From: an uncultured Chloroflexia bacterium
Lineage (GTDB): Bacteria > Chloroflexota > Anaerolineae > B4-G1 > SLSP01
Direction of reading: 5' to 3'
DNA: 64,000 nucleotides
NCBI GenBank assembly: GCA_963751345.1
Contig: CAVVUS010000008.1
Location: 1-64,000, forward strand
Numbering within the stretch: position 1 is the stretch's first letter; every line of letters begins with the position of its first letter. The position numbers and the translations under genes are program-made. Shown piece by piece: positions 55,312-64,000 of the stretch. The notes beneath the pieces are model-generated. The model was given only the letters and a program-made list of their open reading frames with translations, did not search any database and was not told where the DNA came from.

Positions 55312-56439
55312 GTGGCACCAACGAACGACGAAACCAGGCAGGACAATCAACTCTTCGAGTGGCAGCTCTCCGACGAGGATAATGCCGCTCGCCATGCGGA
55401 CTATCATTTCGACGAGGCGCGTTACTGGGGCGGGTTTTCCCGCGATCCTGTCAGCGTCGCGGCTGACAGGCTGCCCTCCTGGGCGATCGGGCCGTTCACC
55501 CGGCATTCCGGCAACCCGGTGTTGGCGCCGTCGCCGGACGGCTGGGACGTCGGGCGGTTTGGGGGTGGGGTGCACAACGGGGCGATCATCCGCCGGGACG
55601 GGGTCTTCCACTACGTCTATCGCGGCGAGATGCCTTGGCCGCCCACCGGCAGCGGGAGGATCGACTACATCTGTGACATCGGCCTCGCCGTCAGCGACGA
55701 TGGCGTGCACTTCACGAAGGACGCGGAGCACAGCCCGCTCTTCCGCACGGGCGACGACGTTCGCTACAGCTTCGAGGACGTCTCCATCGCCGAGTGGGAG
55801 GGTACCTATTATCTCTTCTGCAACCGCTGGGATTGGACGGACCACGACAATCCCGGCCACAATGGCACCTATTTGGCGGTGTCGACCGATCTGCAGCATT
55901 GGGAGAAAGTCGGTCTCGTCTTCCCACGTGCGGAAGCTATCCACCGCAACGGCGTGATCCTCCAGACGCCGGAGAACCGTGCCGTGCAGGTCGACGGGCA
56001 GTTCGTTATGTATCTCAACGAGCACCTGATCGCGATTTCGGACGACATGGTTCACTGGACGTCCCACCGGATCGCGCCGGAGCACGCCTGGCCGGGCGGC
56101 GAGGGCTGTTTCGCGCTCGCCGATCACGATCCGGCGCGTCCCGACGACCTGGTGCTCTTCACCGGCGGGCACCACACGGGGCATTTCTACGCGATCGGCG
56201 AGGTGTTGCTCTCCAAGGCAGATCCCGAACGCCCGCTGGCCTGGCTGCCGCGCCCGGTGCTGGCGGCGGATCCGACCGTCCCCTGGGAGGACGGGCGATC
56301 GGCCGAGCCGCCGCACACACCGGTCTCCGGCTTCCGCGACACCATCTTCTTCAACGGGCTGACGCGGCACGATGGGCGATGGTGGCTCTATTACGGCGGC
56401 AGCGAGGTCTATACCTGTCTGGCGCAGGCGCCGGCGTAG
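55312..56439 (+). CDS. Five-bladed beta-propeller glycosidase (GH130/GH43-related)
   Basis: GNPVLAP, HNGAI, YRGE, IGLAVSDDG, SFED, WWLYYGGSE; GGAGG RBS and GTG start. Confidence 0.75.
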   Translation: MAPTNDETRQDNQLFEWQLSDEDNAARHADYHFDEARYWGGFSRDPVSVAADRLPSWAIGPFTRHSGNPVLAPSPDGWDVGRFGGGVHNGAIIRRDGVFHYVYRGEMPWPPTGSGRIDYICDIGLAVSDDGVHFTKDAEHSPLFRTGDDVRYSFEDVSIAEWEGTYYLFCNRWDWTDHDNPGHNGTYLAVSTDLQHWEKVGLVFPRAEAIHRNGVILQTPENRAVQVDGQFVMYLNEHLIAISDDMVHWTSHRIAPEHAWPGGEGCFALADHDPARPDDLVLFTGGHHTGHFYAIGEVLLSKADPERPLAWLPRPVLAADPTVPWEDGRSAEPPHTPVSGFRDTIFFNGLTRHDGRWWLYYGGSEVYTCLAQAPA

Positions 56440-56571
56440 CCGGGCTAGTCGCCGGCTCCTTGGTCTGTCCCGCGGCGCCGCAGCGGTCCGCCGGGAGGAT
56501 GGCACGCCGCGGGCAGTCGAAGGAATCGAGCACAGCTTCGAGGCAACAGATCGAGGCGAGCCGCCGCCACA

Positions 56572-56600
56572 TTGCCCTCCCGTTGCCGCTCGCGTATACT
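56572..56600 (+). promoter_or_regulatory. Sigma70-type promoter of the DapA-like operon
   Basis: TTGCCC, 17 nt, TATACT; AGGAGG RBS downstream. Confidence 0.55.
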
Positions 56601-56626
56601 CACGTCACGAAACGCAGGAGGTGCTC

Positions 56627-57565
56627 TTGGCCGCATCCATTTCTGACGGCGTCTGGCCCACGATGGTCACGCCGTTCACGGCTGACGACAAGATCGACTT
56701 CGACGCCCTGGCAGCCCAGGTCGAGTGGTATCTTGCCCGCGGCGTCGACGGGCTCTTTGCCGTCTGCCAGTCAAGCGAGATGTTCTACCTGTCGCTCGAC
56801 GAGCGCGTCGCGCTGGCGCGGGCGGTCGTCGAGCGGGTGGCGGGCAGGGTCGAGGTGATCGCCTCGGGCCACATCTCGGACGACTCTGGCCGACCAGGCC
56901 GACGAGGTTCGGCGCATCGCGGATACCGGCGTGAGCGCCGTGGTGCTGGTCACCAACCGCTTCGCCGCCCAGGATGAGCCGGATGACGTCTGGCGGCGCA
57001 ACCTCGAAGCAGTTCCTGGGGATGATCCCCGACTCGATTCCCCTGGGCTTCTACGAGTGTCCGCATCCCTACAAGCGGGTGCTTGACCCGGAGACGATGG
57101 CCTGGTGCGCGTCGACCGGGCGCTTTATCTTTCTGAAGGACACCTGCTGTGACCTGGCCCAGATCCGGGCCAAGCTGGCGGTCGGCGGGCGAGTATCAAG
57201 CTCTACAACGCCAACGCCGCGACGCTGCTCGGATCGCTGCGGTCTGGCCGCGGGTGCGGCGGGGCCGCTGGGTATAGCGGCGTGATGGGCAACTTCCATC
57301 CCGCAGCTCTACGCCTGGCTCTGCCGCAACTGGCAGGCCGACCCGGCGGGGGCCGAGCGGCTGCAGGCCTTTCTCGGCGTCAGCTCGGCGCTGGAAGCGC
57401 GGGCGTATCCCGTCTGCGCCAAGTATTACCTGCAGCTAGAAGGGCGTGCCGATCGCGCTGCACACGCGTGCGCGTCCGGCATCCGACCTGATCGACGCCT
57501 TCCGCCGCGAGATGGCGCAGCTTCGCGCGATGACGGCGGAGTACGAGGCGGCGTATCCGTTGTAG
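56627..57565 (+). CDS. DHDPS/NAL-family aldolase; multiple frameshifts
   Basis: GVWPTMVTPF, FAVCQSSEM, FYECPHPY, FLKDT. Confidence 0.82.
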
Positions 57566-57622
57566 TCGACGTGGCATCGCTGCGCCCTGTGGATGGGCCA
57601 GCAACGCGAACAGGAGACCGCA

Positions 57623-58527
57623 ATGAGACCTTATACCGAAGCTGATTTTCTCAGGATCCGCGATTTCCTCGTGGCGACGTATGGCCACTTCCAGCGCTCC
57701 TACAACTGGACGATCGAGCGTTGGAACTTCTCCGTCTCGGTGGCGCGGACGATGCACGCGATCTCGATGGATACCTGGGCGTCGCAGATCGGGATCTGGG
57801 AGGAGGACGGCGAGATCGTGGGCGTGGTCAATGCCGAGGGCGAGGACGCCGGCGAGGCGTTCCTCCAGTTGGCCCACGAGCACCTGCCCGAGGCCCTGCT
57901 GCAGGAGATGCTCACGTTCTGCGAGGCGCGAATGGGCAAGGTGGAGGTGACAAGCGCACGATCACAGCTTTTCGTGCCGAGTGGAGACGTAGCGGCTGGA
58001 GACGATGGCGGAGGGCCGGGGCTTCGCCAGGCAGGCGTGGGTCGACCACGATGGCGTGCTGGAGGTGACCGGCGAGTTCCCCGTCGAGCTGCCGGAAGGC
58101 TATACGCTCGCCGACGGCACGAGCGTGACGCCTGAGGAGAAAGGCGCTGCCCACGCCAAGGCGTTTGGCTACGCCGGTGACCCCGTCTATCCGCCGCGGG
58201 CGGTGGAGGGATTCCGCCGGATGACAGAGACGCCCGACTACCGCGCGGATCTGGATATGCACGTCCGCGCGCCCGACGGCGAGATCGCGGCCTTTGCGAC
58301 GATGTGGTACGACGCGCGGAACCGGATCGGGATCCTGGAGCCGGTGGGGACGGTGCCTGCCCATCGCAAGTTGGGGTTGGGCCGCGCGGCCATCTATCAC
58401 CTCGTCAATCTTGTGCGCGAGCGAGGGCGCCAGGCGGATCCACGTCGGGTCGGACCAGGCGTTCTACCAGCGGCTGGGATTCGTCGTCACGGACAAGTAC
58501 TCCGTCTGGCACAAGGAGATCACATGA
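57623..58527 (+). CDS. GNAT acetyltransferase; frameshifts
   Basis: NWTIERW, ILEPVGTVPAHRKLGLGRA, FYQRLGF; same type as 9138-10070. Confidence 0.82.
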
Positions 58528-59813
58528 CGATCCGGCCTCTGGCCGACGACTATGTGACGGTCTGTGAGTCGCCTGATCCGGAGCGGGTCTTCTGCTACAG
58601 CCCCGGCCTGGCCCGTCTGCCGGGCGGGCGTCTGGTGGCGACGACCGACTGGGGCGGCCCGGGCGTCGCCGATCTGCCCGGGCCCAAGGGCGCGGTCCCC
58701 GAGGGGAGTGGTGCCTGGCAGGGGCGCATCTACACGTCGGACAACCACGGACAGACCTGGACCTTTCGCGCCTATTACCCCTTCATGCACGCACGGCCCT
58801 TCGTCGCGGGCGAAGCCCTCTATATCTTGGGCCACGCGCGCGATCTCACGATCGTCCGCTCTGACGATGGGGGCGAGACGTGGTCCGAGCCCTCCCGGCT
58901 GACCGAAGGCCAATACTGGCACCAGGCGCCGTGCAACGTCCACACTACCAACGGCTGTGTCTATCTCGTGATGGAGCGCCGGGTCACCCGGGACATCACC
59001 ACGTGGTACGTAGGAGAGATGGCGCCGGTGCTGATGCGTGGGCCGCTGGATGCCGATCTCACCAAGCGGGAGGCGTGGACCTTCGCCTCTGAACTCTCGT
59101 TCCGCGATGCGATGCCCGACGCGGAGACCGAACCGGCCATCGACTATTTTGGCGTGCCCTTCTGGGACTGCCCCTATCCCGCGGGCAGCAACGTGGCGCC
59201 GGGGCGTAACTGCGCCCCCATCGGCTGGCTGGAGACGAACGTCGTCCGGTTCGTCGACCCCGACCATCTGTGGACCGACCCCACGGGCAGGACGTTCCAC
59301 CTCTGGATGCGCGCGCACACGGGCGGCACGGGCTATGCCTGCGTCGCCAAGGTGGTCGAGCAGGGCGAGGTGCCCGGGACCGGCCCGATGACGACGATGC
59401 TGGAGACGGTGCCGTCGGGCAAGAGGGCACTCTACGTCCCGTGCCCCGGCGGGCAGATGAAGTTCCACGTGCTATACGACGAGCCCACGCGGCTCTATTG
59501 GCTGCTCAGCACCCAAGCCACCGACAGCATGACGCGGCCCGAGCGGCTGCCCGAGGACCGATTCGGCCTGCCCAACAACGAGCGGCGCCGGCTGCAGCTT
59601 CACTTCTCAAGGAACATGATCGACTGGTGTTTCGCCGGGCTGGTTGCCGTGGGCCCGGTGGAACGAGCCTCACGCCACTACGCGAGCATGGTCATCGACG
59701 GTGATGACCTGCACGTGCTGAGCCGCTCCGGCGACGAGCGTGCTCACAGCGCCCACGACGGCAACCTGATCACGTTCCATACCATGCAGGGGTTCAGGGA
59801 CCTGGTGTACTGA
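58524..59813 (+). CDS. BNR/Asp-box beta-propeller (sialidase-like) protein
   Basis: YTSDNHGQTW and RSDDGGETWS Asp-boxes. Confidence 0.8.
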   Translation: MTIRPLADDYVTVCESPDPERVFCYSPGLARLPGGRLVATTDWGGPGVADLPGPKGAVPEGSGAWQGRIYTSDNHGQTWTFRAYYPFMHARPFVAGEALYILGHARDLTIVRSDDGGETWSEPSRLTEGQYWHQAPCNVHTTNGCVYLVMERRVTRDITTWYVGEMAPVLMRGPLDADLTKREAWTFASELSFRDAMPDAETEPAIDYFGVPFWDCPYPAGSNVAPGRNCAPIGWLETNVVRFVDPDHLWTDPTGRTFHLWMRAHTGGTGYACVAKVVEQGEVPGTGPMTTMLETVPSGKRALYVPCPGGQMKFHVLYDEPTRLYWLLSTQATDSMTRPERLPEDRFGLPNNERRRLQLHFSRNMIDWCFAGLVAVGPVERASRHYASMVIDGDDLHVLSRSGDERAHSAHDGNLITFHTMQGFRDLVY

Positions 59814-59875
59814 GAGAAGTGAGCGAGGGAAGGAATGCGCCGGTGGCTATCCCGTACTACCTACAGGAGACAATA

Positions 59876-61363
59876 ATGCCAGGAGACCCAACATCATCCT
59901 CGTGCTGTCGGACGAGCATCGTGGTCAGGCAATGGCGCATGCCGGCGATCCCAACGTTCGGACGCCGGCGATGGATCGCCTTGCGGAGGAGGGGGTGAGC
60001 TTCAACCGGGCGTACGCGAACTGCCCGATCTGCACGCCCTCGCGGGGCACCATCTTCTCCGGGCGCCACGCGCACGCAGGCCCCGTGTCCGGGTTCTTCG
60101 ATGTCTACACGGCGACGGCACCCAGCCTCGCCACCGAGCTGCGTGCGGCCGGGTATCACACGGCCTATTTCGGCAAGTGGCACTGCGGCATCGTGCGCGA
60201 CCAGTTGCCGCCGAGCATCCGCAACTGGGAGGGCGAGCCGCTGCGCGGTTCCCGCCATCGGACGCCCGAACAGCACCGCGCCGGCTTTGAGGACTGGCTT
60301 GGCTTCGAGAGCCTCAACACGCATTTCCAGGTCTCCGCCTACCGCAACGACGCCCTGGAGCCGGAGTGGTTTGATGGCTACGAGACGGACGTGCTCACCG
60401 ATGAGGCGCTACGCTATCTTGAGACCTACGATCTTGAGCAGCCGCTTTTCCTCGTTCTGAGCGTGACGCCGCCCCACTTTCCGCTCATTGTCCCGGAGCG
60501 CTGGCGGCGACACGATCCCGGGGAGCTTGTCGTAAGGCCCAACTTCGTGGATCCTCTGGATCCCGACGGTGGGTGGGATCGCAAGCCGCCGGTCCACTCG
60601 CCGCCCTCGATGCGAGAGGCATTGGCTACCTACTATGCGATGGTCGAGAACCTCGACTGGAACCTCGGCCGGCTGGTCGATCAGCTGCAGGCCGACCCGC
60701 GTCTCGCCGGCGAGAAGACGGTGCTCGTCTACACGGCCGATCACGGCGAGTTCATGGGCAGCCACGGCCTCTTCCAGCGCAAGGAGCTGCCGCACGAGGA
60801 GTCGGTGCGGGTGCCGCTCATCTTCCACGCGCCGGGACGGATCGTTCCCCAGGGGCTGCGGCACGATGGCCTGCCGGGCCTGGTCGATCTGGCTCCGACC
60901 CTGCTCGGTCTGGCAGGACGCCCGACGCCTGTGTGGATGCAGGGGCAGGACTGTTCGAAGGCGGTGGCAACCGGAGACGGGGCCCTACCCGAGGTCCAAC
61001 TACTGGAGATGCACAACAACCCACGCTGGAATCTGGACTTCCTCGATTGGCGCGGCTTCGTCACCGAGCGCTACAAGTACGCCTTCTACGAGACCGGTCG
61101 CGAGATGGTCTTCGACCTGGTCGAGGATCCGTACGAAATGCGCGACCTATCCGGAGAGCGCCCCGACCTGTGCTCGGAGCTGCGAACGCGGTCTACTGGA
61201 TCTGCTGCGTGACACTCGCGAGCCCTTCTTCGATGTCGTCATCGAGCACGGCGTGCCCTGTGTACCCTCGCGCAACGTAGCAGCGGTCGACTACGATGTC
61301 GTAGGGGCGGTAGAGAGAATGATACTCGATGCTGGGTCGCGTGGATGGGGATGCACTTCATGA
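59876..61363 (+). CDS. Cys-type sulfatase; frameshifts near both ends
   Basis: PNIILVLSDEH, CTPSRGTIFSGR, GKWH, PPHFP, TADHGEFMGSH. Confidence 0.9.
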
Positions 61364-62235
61364 TGCTGAACTACGTGCCCGTGACCGATCTGATTGACAA
61401 GCGCTATTCCTGCCGCTCTTACGACGCCACGCCGATCGCCGCGGAGACACGACAGCGGCTGATCGACTGCTCGACCAACGGAATGCCGGTCCCTTCGGAA
61501 CGGAAGTGAGGGCCGGTCTGCTGGCGGCGACCGGTGAGGATCAGCAAGCCCTGAAGGGACTGGGCACGTATGGGTTCATTGCCGGTGCGACGGGTTACCT
61601 CGTGGGAGCAGTGCCGGTCGTCGCACCCGATGGCCTGGAGGACTTCGGCTATCGTGATGGAGCGCGCAGTTCTCTTCGCCACGTCGCTGGGCCTCGGCAC
61701 CGTGTGGCTCGGCGGGCACCTTCACCAAGAGCAGATTCGCGGCAGCGATTCGACCTGCGCGACGATGAGATCCTTCCCGCGGCGATCGCCACCGGCTACA
61801 TCGCGGCCCGACCCCGCGGGCTGGACGCCCTGATCCGGCGCAGCGCGAAGGCCAACCAACGGCTGCCGTGGGAGAAGCTCTTCTTCGACGGCGCCCTTGG
61901 CGCCCCCCTGTCGCGGGATGCCGTGAGCGACGACGACGCGATCGTACTGGAGATGGTGCGAAAGGGGCCATCAGCCTCGAATAAGCAGCCCTGGCGCATC
62001 CTGTGGGACGGCGAGCGTTGGCACCTCTACCTGCAGCGCACGCGCGGCTACGGCGCGCGCAACGGGCTGGTGAGTGTCGCCGACATGCAGCGGATCGACA
62101 TGGGCATCGCGATGTGCCACTTCGCGCTGACGTCTGAGGACGTTGGCGCTGCCCGGCCGCTGGGTGCGAGACGATCCCGCAATCGCCGTCCCTGACAGCC
62201 TCACGTCCTACGTGGCGAGCTGGGTGCCGGTGTAG
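61360..62235 (+). CDS. Nitroreductase family protein; multiple frameshifts
   Basis: KRYSCRSY, GLGTVWLGG, PSASNKQPW, IDMGIAMCHF. Confidence 0.8.
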
Positions 62236-62270
62236 GCCGGGTCGCCAGGCACGGCAGTGGCCGTTTGGTT

Positions 62271-62714
62271 CTAGTCCGCTGTCGACCCCAGTAGCGCCAA
62301 CACGCCATCCGTGAAGGCGATCAGGTCGTCAAGGCCGGACGCAATGACAGCCTCGACAATCGCGAGGTCGAGTTCCTCATATTGGTGGACAGCCACGTTG
62401 CGGAAGCCGACCATGCTGATCAGACGCTTTGCCGGAGGCCGCGGTCGATGACGCCGCGGTCGCCAAGCAGGCGAAGCTTTCTGCACTCGATGTCGGGATA
62501 CCCAAGCGCCGGGCCTTGATCACGTAGTTTGCCAGATCGATGGTCTGTTCGCAGTCCGCGAGTCACGTTGAGGATCGCCGCATCTTGTCGTGTGTAGTCC
62601 GTCGCAAAGCCGCCCCGGACTTCCGGTGTTCCTCACGCGCGCGCTGAACACAGCGCTGGATGCTCTGAATCTTCTCGACGACGACATCGGGTACCGGCAT
62701 CTGGTCGTCTTCAT
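62271..62714 (-). CDS. hepT: HepT-type HEPN toxin; several frameshifts, possibly a pseudogene
   Basis: Fragments KIQSIQRCVQR, QDAAILN, CEQTIDLA, MVGFRNVAVHQY (RX4HXY). Confidence 0.75.
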
Positions 62715-63133
62715 ACGGGATACGCCCTCCCCGTCTCGTGGAACTGCTCTAGAATCTCGCGCCGCTCTTCGTTGAGCTTTATGTAGAAGGACAACGTCAG
62801 CATCTCGAACTCGTCCGCGGCGTGGAGGTCCGCGCAGTAGATACGCCGGTCGGCAGCGACCACCTCTTTCTGCAGCACCGTCGAGACCCGCCGCACGTTG
62901 ACCAGGTCGACGTCGCGCCGGAGCAACGACTGCAGATCGAATCGCAGGGCACTCATTGCGAGACTACCCGTGGCCTTGGCGACCGCAGGGGGCAGCAGCA
63001 CGGCAATGTCGACATCGCTCGTAGGCCACTCGTCCTCGGTGCCGTAGGAGCCAAAGAGGTAGATCGCCTGCACCTCAGGATAGGCAGCGGTGATTGCCTC
63101 AATCAGTGCATCGGCTGGGATTTCGTCTGTCAT
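62711..63133 (-). CDS. mntA: MntA adenylyltransferase antitoxin (type VII TA)
   Basis: IYLFGSYGTEDEWPTSDVD (GSX10DXD), VDLVN, LNEERREI. Confidence 0.88.
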   Translation of the reverse strand: MTDEIPADALIEAITAAYPEVQAIYLFGSYGTEDEWPTSDVDIAVLLPPAVAKATGSLAMSALRFDLQSLLRRDVDLVNVRRVSTVLQKEVVAADRRIYCADLHAADEFEMLTLSFYIKLNEERREILEQFHETGRAYPV

Positions 63134-63220
63134 GTCTGCATTATACGCCGGTCACCGAACTCGACCAAGGAGGTCGCGAGAGCCGCCCGAGGCATACAGC
63201 GGTTGGCGCACGTCGGTCGT

Positions 63221-63260
63221 GCACCCCTCACTTGCCACGTCGCAGGGGTGCCTCGATAAT
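63221..63260 (+). promoter_or_regulatory. Sigma70-type promoter with inverted repeat around the -35
   Basis: TTGCCA (63232), 17 nt, GATAAT (63255); GCACCCCT/AGGGGTGC inverted repeat. Confidence 0.5.
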
Positions 63261-63317
63261 GGTGCTTGTGTGCTCGCACGTCGGCCTATTGGGCCGGCGC
63301 CCACAGAGGAGTTGCCT

Positions 63318-64000
63318 ATGCCCGACACGATGACACCTCGCCAGCGGATGCTCGCAGCGATTCGCAACGAGATACCCGACCGGGTGCCGGTGGCGCCCGA
63401 TATCTCCAACATGGTGCCCACGCGGCTCACGGGCCGGGGGTACTTCGCCGTCTATATCCACGAGGATCCGCCACTCTGGCAGGCCTACATCGACGCCGTC
63501 AAGTACTACGGCATCGACGGGTGGTTCACCTACGGCGGCGTGGATCTGACCACGGAAGGCGTGTCCTCGACCGAGCGCTGGATCTCCGACACCGACGAGA
63601 TGAAGGTGAAGGAGGTCACCATTCGCACGCCCGCCGGGGATCTGGTCCAGCAGATCGCCTACTCCTCACGCCAGCCCCCCTTCCTGCTTCAGAAGCCCAT
63701 CCGAGATATCGACCGGGACTGGCCCCGGTTCAAGTACCTGCTCGGGCCGATCGTCGCCGCCAACTACAGCTTGATTGAGGCACAGCGGGCAGCGCTGGGC
63801 GACCTTGGCGTGTTGGGTGGGTCGGTGCCCACACCGGGCTTCCACATCTGGAGCGAGTGGTTTGAGGGCGGGGTGCAGACACTGAGCTATCTGATGGTGG
63901 ACCGACCGGCGTTGCTCGACGAAATTGCCGAGCTGCACCACGACCGGTTGATGCGCGAGCTCGACTATGCGCTGGAGGCAGGGTACGACTACCTGCTCAC
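63318..64000 (+). CDS. URO-D/MtaA-like family protein (partial, runs off the window)
   Basis: AGAGGAG RBS; MPDTMTPRQRMLAAIRNEIPDRVPVAP, the typical N-terminus of this family; RTPAGDL. Confidence 0.75.
   Translation, partial: MPDTMTPRQRMLAAIRNEIPDRVPVAPDISNMVPTRLTGRGYFAVYIHEDPPLWQAYIDAVKYYGIDGWFTYGGVDLTTEGVSSTERWISDTDEMKVKEVTIRTPAGDLVQQIAYSSRQPPFLLQKPIRDIDRDWPRFKYLLGPIVAANYSLIEAQRAALGDLGVLGGSVPTPGFHIWSEWFEGGVQTLSYLMVDRPALLDEIAELHHDRLMRELDYALEAGYDYLL

Noticed and set aside
58005-59813. 602-aa GNAT-sialidase fusion
   Set aside because: The GNAT C-terminus (FYQRLGF, stop 58527) is in another frame and overlaps ATG 58524, so these are two genes joined by an indel.

Overview
GC-rich bacterial DNA. 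Gene content and style suggest Chloroflexota/Anaerolineae, but this is an inference. About 25 of ~57 genes carry single-base frameshifts, often near homopolymers, consistent with an unpolished long-read consensus, so I joined reading frames by eye. Layout: (i) a DDE transposase at the left edge; (ii) a ~23 kb, almost entirely minus-strand run of accessory genes (NYN nuclease, M1 peptidase, five CPBP/Abi proteases, MNT-HEPN TA pair, GNATs, SAM methyltransferases, AadK-like adenylyltransferase, acyltransferase-3, TMEM175 channel, GIN lipoprotein, two-component system); (iii) carbohydrate and sulfate catabolism (URO-D-like, GH130, GH28-like, sulfatase, GH4 MelA, GH38) with a PIN TA pair and an ABC-2 exporter; (iv) an ECF sigma factor overlapping a ~2,100-aa membrane-anchored, thioester-bearing alpha-2-macroglobulin whose N-terminus looks like an anti-sigma domain, the best candidate for an undescribed system; (v) MFS, GNAT, SDR, APH, tandem SnoaL genes, deoD, a second glycan cluster, an MntA-HepT pair and a partial URO-D-like gene. 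Two families of small extragenic palindromic repeats recur. I found no rRNA, tRNA or CRISPR array.
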